Part shown: one piece after another, positions 1-7,057 of the stretch
Layout of the letters: the number at the start of each line of letters is the position of its first letter
Numbering within the stretch: position 1 is the first letter of the stretch
NCBI GenBank assembly: GCA_963762585.1
Contig: CAVXLF010000008.1
Coordinates: 80,010-144,009, forward strand
Origin: an uncultured Verrucomicrobiae bacterium
Lineage (GTDB): Bacteria; Verrucomicrobiota; Verrucomicrobiia; Limisphaerales; UBA11358
DNA length: 64,000 nucleotides
Direction of reading: 5' to 3'
Notes under the pieces: model-generated
Told to the model about the DNA's origin: nothing
Seen by the model: only the letters and a program-made list of their open reading frames with translations
Database searches by the model: none
Program-made: the position numbers and the translations under genes

Positions 1-91
1 AGCTCACACATTTTGAATCGCCACTAATTCAACCTCCTGTGCAATAGTGAGTTTTAACAATTCACGCGCCCAAGTCTTGGCAAGACGACGG

Positions 92-991
92 CTATTTGGA
101 CGGGTTCGCCCCTTTGACCCGCAACTGAAGTGAATAGAGCGACGTGCTCGCAGTAATGAACAGTGTCCGATGTTCCTTGCCCCCAAAACTGACGTTGGCC
201 GTCCACGGTTCCGGTACATCAATATGCCCGATCTTCTTACCGGCTTTATCAAATACCGTCACGCCATGACCGCAAATATAAATGTCACCGTCCTCGTCAA
301 TCGTCATCCCGTCCGAACCCATTTTGCAAAACAACGTCTTGTTCGCGAGCGAGCCGTCGGATTGGATGTCGTAGCGCCAGGTTTGTCCCGCGCCGATGTC
401 GGCGACGAATAGCGTTTTGCCATCGGGCGTGCCGGTAACGCCATTCGGCTTTTTCAAGTCGTCCGTGACGCGCGTCAGAGTTTTACGGTCGGGCGAAAGG
501 TAAAAAACCTCCTCGTTGGTGAGCGCCATCGTGTCGTGATCCCACCATTTGCGCAGATAAAACGGATCGGTGATGAACATGCCGCCGTTGGGCGCCACCC
601 ACACGTCATTGGGCCCGTTGAGATATTTGCCCTGGTAATCTTTGACCAGGACCGTAACTTTTTTATCCGGCGCAATGGACCAGAGCGCATTATGCTCGTC
701 GGCGCAGGCAATCAAGTTGCCCTTCGCGTCAAAGCACATGCCGTTGGCGTAACCGGACGGCTGCATGAAGGTGGACAGCTTTCCCTCCACGCTCCACTCC
801 ATGATACGATCGTTCGGCTGGTCCACGAAAAACACATTGCCCGCCTGGTCGCAGGTCGGGCCTTCGGTGAAGGCAAAACCGCCGGCCAGCTTCTGAAGTT
901 TGGCGCCGGGCGCAATGACATCACCGGCGCGTAACGAGGTCGTGCTCATATAACCGATTAAAATGACAGGCCAAAGCAATTGGGCTTTCAT
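92..991 (-). CDS. SMP-30/gluconolactonase/LRE-like beta-propeller protein, probably secreted
   Basis: ORF 92..1078. Motifs 'FTEGPTCDQAGNVFFVDQPNDRIMEW', 'NGMCFDAKGNLIAC', 'GPNDVWVAPNGGMFITDP' and 'PNGVTGTPDGKTLFVAD' are typical of SMP-30/gluconolactonase. Start placed at the internal Met 'MKAQLLWPVILIG' (signal-peptide-like). Confidence 0.8.
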   Translation of the reverse strand: MKAQLLWPVILIGYMSTTSLRAGDVIAPGAKLQKLAGGFAFTEGPTCDQAGNVFFVDQPNDRIMEWSVEGKLSTFMQPSGYANGMCFDAKGNLIACADEHNALWSIAPDKKVTVLVKDYQGKYLNGPNDVWVAPNGGMFITDPFYLRKWWDHDTMALTNEEVFYLSPDRKTLTRVTDDLKKPNGVTGTPDGKTLFVADIGAGQTWRYDIQSDGSLANKTLFCKMGSDGMTIDEDGDIYICGHGVTVFDKAGKKIGHIDVPEPWTANVSFGGKEHRTLFITASTSLYSLQLRVKGANPSK

Positions 992-1107
992 CGTCAGCAG
1001 ATAAACTGGAATGTTTGCCGGGAAGAATCCATCAAAAAAACGCTCCTTGTTTTTCCAGGCAATGTGACGCATTTTCAAAGACGCTGATTTTTTCAGCGCG
1101 TGAGCAC

Positions 1108-1551
1108 ATGCAACCGGGAACCAGAAAATTTCTGCGCTTTCTGCAAAGCTGGGTTATCAACACGTTCGCGGTGTTGATCGCCGCCATCATTCTGCGCGGC
1201 CACATCCGGTATGGAGATCCAACCGATCTGTTCATCGCCGCCCTGTTATTGGGCATTCTCAACGCATTCGTCCGGCCGATTTTGATGCTCCTCGCCTTGC
1301 CGCTGCTGATTTTCACGCTCGGCCTGTTCACGTTCGTCATCAATGCCCTGCTCCTTTATTTCGTCGGCGTGCTGATGGGGCCCTACTTTCAAGTGGACAG
1401 TTTTGGCTTCGCCTTTCTTGGCGCGCTCATCATCAGCATCGTGTCCGTCGCCCTGAACGTTTTGACCGGCGGCGCACGCGTCACCGTGCAGCGCCGGTCG
1501 CCGCCCAAAAACCCCCGTGACGGTGGCGATGGCCCGGTGATTGATGTGTGA
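1108..1551 (+). CDS. phage holin family IV / DUF360-type small membrane protein
   Basis: ORF 1015..1551. ATG at 1108 avoids overlap with the divergent gene. Four hydrophobic segments: 'WVINTFAVLIAAIIL', 'LFIAALLLGILNAFVRPILMLLALPLLIFTLGLFTFVINALLLYFVG'. Confidence 0.6.
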   Translation: MQPGTRKFLRFLQSWVINTFAVLIAAIILRGHIRYGDPTDLFIAALLLGILNAFVRPILMLLALPLLIFTLGLFTFVINALLLYFVGVLMGPYFQVDSFGFAFLGALIISIVSVALNVLTGGARVTVQRRSPPKNPRDGGDGPVIDV

Positions 1552-1553
1552 TG

Positions 1554-1623
1554 GATTGACGATTTACGATTTACGAGCCGGCCAACCACGCGCCTGTCCC
1601 GCGTAAATCGCATATCGTCAATC
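1554..1623. repeat. imperfect hairpin built from GATTTAC-type heptamers between convergent genes (possible bidirectional terminator)
   Basis: Left arm 1554-1575 is 'GATTGACGATTTACGATTTACG'. Right arm 1602-1623 'CGTAAATCGCATATCGTCAATC' equals its reverse complement with 2 mismatches in 22. It lies between the stop at 1551 (+) and the trmB stop at 1641 (-). Confidence 0.6.
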
Positions 1624-1640
1624 GAAAATAATCAGCCCTT

Positions 1641-2277
1641 TTACATCGGTTGTTGTGATTTTAATTGATAGGCCGCGCGCAAGGTCTGGATTCCCTGTTC
1701 ACGAAATTCCCGCTCGAAATCCGTCAGCCCTTCCGCCAGTTCAGGCGGTGTTTCGATCGGCTGAAATTCCCGGCTTGCCCCAAACACCCCGGTCATTTGC
1801 TTAAAGTAATCCTCGTCGTCCGTGCGCAGATAAACCGTGCCTCCCGGCGCGAGCGCGATGCGGGCGATTTCAGGGAAATGTTCATTGATCAGCCGGTATT
1901 TACGGTGCTTTTTCTTCGGCCAGGGATCGGGAAAATAAATATGCAGGACCGACGCGGAATGCGGTGGCAGCAGGTACTCCAAAAAATACGATGATTCGAT
2001 GCGCACGCCGCGCAAATTCATCAACCCGTCGCGGCGCCCCTTGCGATCAAGCTTGCGCAGGCGGCCGAGCAGCCGTTCGACGCCAATGTAAATTCCGGTC
2101 CGGATGCCGCCCGGCGTATTTGACCAAAAACGAGGCATCGCCGCAGCCCAGTTCCACCTCCAGCAACTGCGGTCCGGGAAAAAGCTGCGCGAGGTTCAGC
2201 CGGGCGATGACGGAGGGCAGTTCATAAATCAGACTGGCGGAAACTTCAAAAGCGGTTGCCATTTCATGAAATTTCAT
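1641..2277 (-). pseudogene. trmB: tRNA (guanine46-N7)-methyltransferase TrmB, reading frame broken by one extra base
   Basis: The N-terminal part (frame of ORF 2047..2337) carries the SAM motif 'LEVELGCGDASFLVKYAGRHPDRN'. The C-terminal part (frame of ORF 1641..2138) carries 'IGVERL...HIYFPDPWPKKKHRKYRLIN'. The frames join if one base is dropped in minus-strand 'AATTTACATTGGC' (plus 2085-2095). Confidence 0.8.
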
Positions 2278-2391
2278 TGAGCGGCCCACAACCCGCAATG
2301 GAAAATTGAAGGACAGCCGGGGTTTGTTTCCCACCACGTTGCCGGCAGCCAGTTCAAATCCCGGACGTCTCCAAAAGAAAACCGGCAGGAA

Positions 2392-3204
2392 TCAGTAATT
2401 GTGGCCCTCTCCGTGGTCACCCCCATGATCGTGGCCATCACCGTGGTAATGATCATGGCCGTCATCATGGTCATGATCGTGGTGGCCCTTGACCGGCGAA
2501 ACTTCACACTCGGGTTCTCCGCCATGATTATCCCGGTCGAATCCAAGTTTATCCGCATCGTCACGCACGGCCTGGACGTCCCGGCCAAAGCTGGTGAATT
2601 TATCCGAGGCGGTCGCCGCCACCTGACAAGTGCCCGGATTAAAAGTAAACCCGGCGGGAACTTTGGCGCTTACCGGACTGCCCTGACGCGAGGCATTGAC
2701 GGCTACTTCGCCTCTAAAACAGGAAACGTTGCCACCCGCCGTAACCAGGTATTCCGTCCCCCGAATGGTCGCCGAACCGTTTGGCGTCACAATGGTGAAG
2801 GTGGACGGTTTGGACAACTTGCGCTGCGAACCGATGAGGCTGCCGGATTTCAGATTCAAACTCGTCTCGGTAATGACATTTGCTTCAACCACCTCTTCAT
2901 CCAGCCGGGTCAGTTCCAGCGATGAATCCGGCCTCAACCGAAGCACCGTCCCGCTGTATTCAAATTCCAGATCGGCGGTGGAACCCGGCCCGGTCTTCAG
3001 TTCGGCGCCCGGTCCCAAATCCATGCCCGGCTTCAACTCGGCCCAAGCCGAATGATCCATGGAATAGCTCACCGCCCCTTGAACCGATTTGATGTGAAGC
3101 TCTCCGGATAGAACATCGGAGGAAAACGCGGGCACACCGCCCGCCAGAACCATTCCCATGCCCAAAACCATCGCCCGCCCCGGCCCGATCAATAATTTTT
3201 TCAT
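2392..3204 (-). CDS. FecR-domain protein with signal peptide and His/Asp-rich C-terminal tail
   Basis: Start 'MKKLLIGPGRAMVLGMGMVLAGG'. FecR-like core 'GSATIRGTEYLVTAGGNVSCFRGEVAV'. Tail 'KGHHDHDHDDGHDHYHGDGHDHGGDHGEGHNY'. Confidence 0.65.
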   Translation of the reverse strand: MKKLLIGPGRAMVLGMGMVLAGGVPAFSSDVLSGELHIKSVQGAVSYSMDHSAWAELKPGMDLGPGAELKTGPGSTADLEFEYSGTVLRLRPDSSLELTRLDEEVVEANVITETSLNLKSGSLIGSQRKLSKPSTFTIVTPNGSATIRGTEYLVTAGGNVSCFRGEVAVNASRQGSPVSAKVPAGFTFNPGTCQVAATASDKFTSFGRDVQAVRDDADKLGFDRDNHGGEPECEVSPVKGHHDHDHDDGHDHYHGDGHDHGGDHGEGHNY

Positions 3205-3377
3205 GATATTCCTGATAAAAATCCCCCACCGAAACGTACGATTATGTTTATCATTCACCAAATTAATCAAGGAAAATTGCAAAAAAGTTGTTCACAACAG
3301 GGCGGTTGGCGTGGCCGACCCGGAGGCTGCAACGATGGCCGCCTCTCCGGTTGGCAGCCAGAGTGGAAATTGGAAAA

Positions 3378-3455
3378 TGGTCGGGGCGGTGAGATTCGAA
3401 CTCACGACCTCTTGTACCCGAAACAAGCGCGCTAGCCAGGCTACGCTACGCCCCG
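3378..3455 (-). tRNA. tRNA-Pro (anticodon CGG), CCA encoded
   Basis: Manual cloverleaf on the minus strand. Acceptor CGGGGCG/CGCCCCG. D stem GCGT/GCGC. Anticodon stem CTTGT/ACAAG with loop TTCGGGT (CGG, G37). Variable loop AGGTC. T stem GTGAG/CTCAC with loop TTCGAAT. Discriminator A followed by CCA. 78 nt. Confidence 0.9.
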
Positions 3456-3589
3456 ACACCGGACAGACAAGACTGCCAGCCCCGGCCAAAAAAGCAACGC
3501 GTAATTTTCGAACCCAACAACCACGAACGCGCTCCAAACCCGGCAAAGAAGTTGCTCCCCCAGTTTTACTGGGGCAAGCTTTGGCGGAC

Positions 3590-4540
3590 ATGGCCGGCAC
3601 CGGCACACCATTTGATTCATTGCGGTTCAGCGGTCTCGAATCCAGACGGCTGGCGTGGCTGCTTGCCTTGTCGCTGCTGGCGCACCTGCTGGCGTGGGGC
3701 GGTTATGAACTCGGGAAGGAATTCAACCTGTGGCAAAAACTCCATCTGCCGCCGTTGCTGCTCTTCACAAAAATGAAGCCGACGCCGACCGAGGTGCAAC
3801 CGACCGAACTGACGTTTGTGGATGTGAATCCACAGGTGACGCCGACTTCAGCGCCCAAAAATACGAGGTATTTTGGCCCTCATAATTCACACGCGGCCAA
3901 CCCGGAGGCGAATCGTGACACGAAAGTTCCGCAATTGAACGGCAGCCAAATCGAGATGGTGAAAACCGAAGACACCCCGCGCCCGGATCTTGCCAAACCG
4001 CAGCCCGCTCTGCAGCCTTCGCCGGAGCCATTGGAAAAAGCGCAGCCGCAACTGACGATGAACGCGGGCGACCTGACGCTCGGTAAAACACCGGACGCAC
4101 AAACCGGGGAACAGCCGCGGCCGCGCACGCTCCAGGAGGCGCTTGCCCGGCAAAACCAGTTGCCCGGCCAGCAGATGAAACAGGACGGCGGCGTGCGCCA
4201 GCGCGCCATTGCGCCATCGCTGGACGTCAAAGTGACGGGCTTCAGCGATTATGACCGCCGTTTCATCTCCGCCGTGTCGCAGCGCTGGTTCAATTTGCTC
4301 GAAAGTCAGAAATTCACACTGGATCGCACGGGAAAAGTAGTGTTGCAATTTCGCTTGAATTGCGATGGTAGTATCTCCGATATGAGGTTCGCAGAAAACA
4401 ACGTGGGCGATTTGCTGGGATATGTCTGTCAAAAGGCCGTGCTCGATAATGCTCCCTTCGAACACTGGCCCAGTAACATGCGGCTGGAGCTGGGCGATTA
4501 CTGCGATGTTCAGTTTACTTTTCATTACAACACGTACTGA
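3590..4540 (+). CDS. TonB-like energy transducer (N-terminal TM, Pro-rich spacer, TonB C-terminal-like domain)
   Basis: The ATG at 3590 is downstream of the tRNA; the longer ORF 3158..4540 would run through the tRNA. TM 'LAWLLALSLLAHLLAWGGY'. Pro-rich 'PRPDLAKPQPALQPSPEPLEKAQPQ'. The C-terminal domain sits directly upstream of ExbB/ExbD. Confidence 0.6.
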   Translation: MAGTGTPFDSLRFSGLESRRLAWLLALSLLAHLLAWGGYELGKEFNLWQKLHLPPLLLFTKMKPTPTEVQPTELTFVDVNPQVTPTSAPKNTRYFGPHNSHAANPEANRDTKVPQLNGSQIEMVKTEDTPRPDLAKPQPALQPSPEPLEKAQPQLTMNAGDLTLGKTPDAQTGEQPRPRTLQEALARQNQLPGQQMKQDGGVRQRAIAPSLDVKVTGFSDYDRRFISAVSQRWFNLLESQKFTLDRTGKVVLQFRLNCDGSISDMRFAENNVGDLLGYVCQKAVLDNAPFEHWPSNMRLELGDYCDVQFTFHYNTY

Positions 4541-4568
4541 GTACAAATCTGGCCGATGATTAAATTTT

Positions 4569-5681
4569 ATGGGTGACATCATTTATATTTTGTTGGGCGC
4601 AACCTCGGTCGTCGGACTGACGTTTATCATCGAGCGCGCGCTGGCGTTGCGTTGGAACAAGGTCGTGCCGCCGGAAATCACCGGGGCGCTCGCGTCCTGC
4701 AGAACCCGCGAGGACGCCAGGGCGCTCTGCCAGGTCTGCCACCGGAATCCATCGCCACTTGGACGCCTGCTGCTGCTCGCAGCAGATCATCTGGACTGGC
4801 CCAAAGTGGACAACGTGGAAGCGCTGCAAACCGCCGCGCGCCATGAAATCATCCGGCTCGAACGGGGCCTGGTGGTTCTCGAAATCATCGTGGGCATCGC
4901 GCCGCTGCTCGGATTGGTCGGCACCATTGCCGGCATGATGACCTTGTTCAGTGACATCGGCGTTGCCGGCTTGAACGACGCCGCCCGGCTGGCCAAGGGC
5001 ATCGCGTTGATTTTGAACGCGACGTTGATGGGCCTGCTCATCGCCATTCCTTCACTGATTTTCTGGAGTTATTTCAGCAAAAAAGTCGAGGTGTTCGCCG
5101 TCGAGATGGAAGCCCTCTGCGATGATTTCATCCGGCGGCAGTATTCGGATGCGGCAAACGTACTGCCTTCCGAACTCCGGATACCGGAAGCCGAACACCG
5201 GAAGCCGGACGCCCGACGCCCTGCGCCGGAAGCCAAACCTCAGCCGACCGACCCGATTGAGATGCGCTTTTACGTTCGCAAACGCCGCACCACGCCCGCC
5301 GTCATCATCGTCGCGTTGATTGACGTGCTCATCGTGCTGCTGATTTTCCTGCTGGTGACAACCACGTTCCGGCAGCAGGCGGCGTTGAAGCTCGCGTTGC
5401 CCGAATCTTCCCAGGCCAAAAAGGCCGGCGCGAACGAAAATCCGCCGTTTGTCGTGAGCATTGATGCCAATGGAATTTTCTACGTGGAAAAACTGCCCGT
5501 GACCTTCGAGCAATTGCAGAATGAATTGATTTCCCGTTCGGCCAAAAACCCGCAACTCATCCTCGCCATCAACGCCGACGAAAAGGCGCCGTGGGGAAAA
5601 ATCGTAAAGGTGCGCGACGCCGCCGCCCAGGCGAAAATCAAATCCCTGGTCGCCTACACCAAGGAAACGGGCAAGCCGTGA
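4569..5681 (+). CDS. ExbB (MotA/TolQ/ExbB proton channel) fused in one ORF to ExbD/TolR
   Basis: ExbB part: 'GIAPLLGLVGTIAGMMTLF', 'LAKGIALILNATLMGLLIAIPSLIFWSYF'. ExbD part: 'VIIVALIDVLIVLLIFLLVTT', 'FVVSIDANGIFYVEKLPVTFEQLQNEL...LILAINADEKAPWGKIVKVRDAA'. There is no stop codon between the two parts. Confidence 0.8.
   Translation: MGDIIYILLGATSVVGLTFIIERALALRWNKVVPPEITGALASCRTREDARALCQVCHRNPSPLGRLLLLAADHLDWPKVDNVEALQTAARHEIIRLERGLVVLEIIVGIAPLLGLVGTIAGMMTLFSDIGVAGLNDAARLAKGIALILNATLMGLLIAIPSLIFWSYFSKKVEVFAVEMEALCDDFIRRQYSDAANVLPSELRIPEAEHRKPDARRPAPEAKPQPTDPIEMRFYVRKRRTTPAVIIVALIDVLIVLLIFLLVTTTFRQQAALKLALPESSQAKKAGANENPPFVVSIDANGIFYVEKLPVTFEQLQNELISRSAKNPQLILAINADEKAPWGKIVKVRDAAAQAKIKSLVAYTKETGKP
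5177..5239 (+). repeat. nine tandem heptamers (CCGGAAG-type) forming the ExbB-ExbD linker
   Basis: Units: CCGGATA CCGGAAG CCGAACA CCGGAAG CCGGACG CCCGACG CCCTGCG CCGGAAG CCAAACC. Total 63 nt = 21 codons, translated as 'RIPEAEHRKPDARRPAPEAKP'. Confidence 0.75.
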
Positions 5682-5695
5682 AATAAAAATTGGGA

Positions 5696-5758
5696 GGGAA
5701 GGCGTGCCGCCGTCCCGAACTTTCCAAACCCAGATTCAGGGACGCCACACGGCGTCCC
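5696..5758. terminator. two GC-rich hairpins between the convergent exbBD and asd genes
   Basis: Hairpin 1: 5696-5716, GGGAAGGCG-TGC-CGCCGTCCC. Hairpin 2: 5739-5758, GGGACGCC-ACAC-GGCGTCCC. On the minus strand hairpin 1 is followed by 'TCCCAATTTTTATTT'. Outer complementarity TTGGGAGGGA / TCCCTCCCAA. Confidence 0.4.
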
Positions 5759-5766
5759 TCCCAAAA

Positions 5767-6771
5767 TCACTTGAGCAGCTCTTCCGCGATCTGCACCGCG
5801 TTGAGGGCCGCGCCCTTGAGCAGTTGATCGCCGCTGACCCAGAAGCACAACCCGTTGTCGAGCGCGCAATCCTTGCGGATGCGGCCGACTTCGCAGTTGT
5901 ATTTCTCCGAGGTGAACAACGGCATCGGATATTTATTTTTCTCCGGCTCATCCACCAGATCAAGACCGGGCGCCTTCTTCAGCACGGCACGCGCGGCGTC
6001 CGCGGTCACCGGTTTTTCGAACTCGGCGCTCACCGCGATGGAATGCGACCGATAAACCGGCACGCGCACGCATGTCACGCTCGCCCGAAAAGCCGGGTGA
6101 TGCATGATTTTGCGGCCTTCGTTTTCCATCTTCATTTCCTCCCGGGTATAGCCGGTCGCCAAAAAGGAATCCACCTGCGGCAGCACGTTGAAGGCGATTT
6201 GATGCGGATATACCTCCTTCGTCACCGGATTGCCGGCGACGATTTCATTCACCTGCCGTTTTAATTCTTCAATGGCCCTGGCGCCCGTGCCGGAGACGGC
6301 CTGGTAGCTGGACGCAAAAATGCGTTTCACCGTGAACGCCTTGTGCAACGGATACAACGCCATCAGCGTAATCGCGGTGGTGCAATTCGGGTTGGCGATG
6401 ATGCCCTGGTGCGATTTCACGTCGGAGGCGTTGATTTCGGGAACGACCAGGGGCACGGCGTCATCCATGCGAAACGCGCTGGAATTGTCCACCACCACAC
6501 AGCCGGCTTTGGCCGCCAAGGGCGCGAATTCCTTCGAAATACCGCCGCCCGCGCTGAACAACGCGATGTCAACGCCGGCAAAGGAATCCTTGGTCAGTTC
6601 CTTGACGGTGACGTCCTGGCCGCGAAATTTGAGCTTTTTGCCGGCCGAACGCGCCGACGCGAGCAACGTCAGTTTGCCCACCGGAAAATTCCTCTTTTCC
6701 AGGGTCTTGATCATTTCGATGCCGACGGCGCCGGTCGCACCCACCACGGCGACATGTGGATTTCGGTTCAT
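5767..6771 (-). CDS. asd: aspartate-semialdehyde dehydrogenase
   Basis: 'VAVVGATGAVGIEMIKTLEKRNFP', 'IIANPNCTTAITLMALYPLH', 'SSYQAVSGTGARAIEEL'. Length 334 aa. Confidence 0.9.
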   Translation of the reverse strand: MNRNPHVAVVGATGAVGIEMIKTLEKRNFPVGKLTLLASARSAGKKLKFRGQDVTVKELTKDSFAGVDIALFSAGGGISKEFAPLAAKAGCVVVDNSSAFRMDDAVPLVVPEINASDVKSHQGIIANPNCTTAITLMALYPLHKAFTVKRIFASSYQAVSGTGARAIEELKRQVNEIVAGNPVTKEVYPHQIAFNVLPQVDSFLATGYTREEMKMENEGRKIMHHPAFRASVTCVRVPVYRSHSIAVSAEFEKPVTADAARAVLKKAPGLDLVDEPEKNKYPMPLFTSEKYNCEVGRIRKDCALDNGLCFWVSGDQLLKGAALNAVQIAEELLK

Positions 6772-6846
6772 AAAAGGCCCAGAATTATAGCCGAAAGGAA
6801 AGGCATGTCAACGCGTGCAGGAACGTGGTAATGGTATGGTTTAAAT

Positions 6847-6874
6847 GGAGCGCGGAAGCATTGCTCCGCGCTCC
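6847..6874. promoter_or_regulatory. perfect 10-bp GC hairpin in the asd / SNF2 divergent intergenic region
   Basis: GGAGCGCGGA (6847-6856), loop AGCATTGC, TCCGCGCTCC (6865-6874). 'CCGCGCTCC' recurs at 6961-6969. Confidence 0.3.
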
Positions 6875-6970
6875 AAATCTGCAAATTATACCATAACCAG
6901 AAGTCCAGGCGGCCCGCCCGCGCGTTTCAAATCATGGCGGCGGCCCGGCGGACAGGCTGTCCGCGCTCCC

Positions 6971-6994
6971 ATTTGTGCATAACTATGCACAAAT
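6971..6994. promoter_or_regulatory. 24-bp near-perfect palindrome, candidate operator upstream of the SNF2 gene
   Basis: 'ATTTGTGCATAACTATGCACAAAT' has 11-bp arms around a central AC. It ends 63 nt before the ATG at 7058. A second palindrome 'GCGGACAGGCTGTCCGC' lies at 6948-6964. Confidence 0.35.
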
Positions 6995-7057
6995 TTCTTC
7001 GCTTTCTGATTGACCAAGGCTGCCGCTTATGACGAAATGATAGCCTAGTATTTTCAA

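Noticed and set aside
2085-2095. Programmed +1 ribosomal frameshifting as an explanation for the trmB, GH26 and mfd frame breaks.
   Set aside because: There is no shared slippery or stimulatory motif, and no rare or stop codon at the shift sites as in prfB. One site needs -1 rather than +1. All sites have short A/T runs in or beside them, so homopolymer miscalls are the more economical explanation.
3378-3455. tRNA-Pro as an integration site for a genomic island.
   Set aside because: There is no integrase, no direct repeat of the tRNA 3' end, and the flanking genes (FecR-like, TonB/ExbBD, trmB) are ordinary chromosomal genes.
3158-3589. N-terminal extension of ORF 3158..4540 (the TonB-like gene).
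   Set aside because: The extension runs straight through the tRNA-Pro gene (3378-3455, opposite strand) and has no protein-like features. An ATG at 3590 followed by a TM helix gives a normal TonB architecture.
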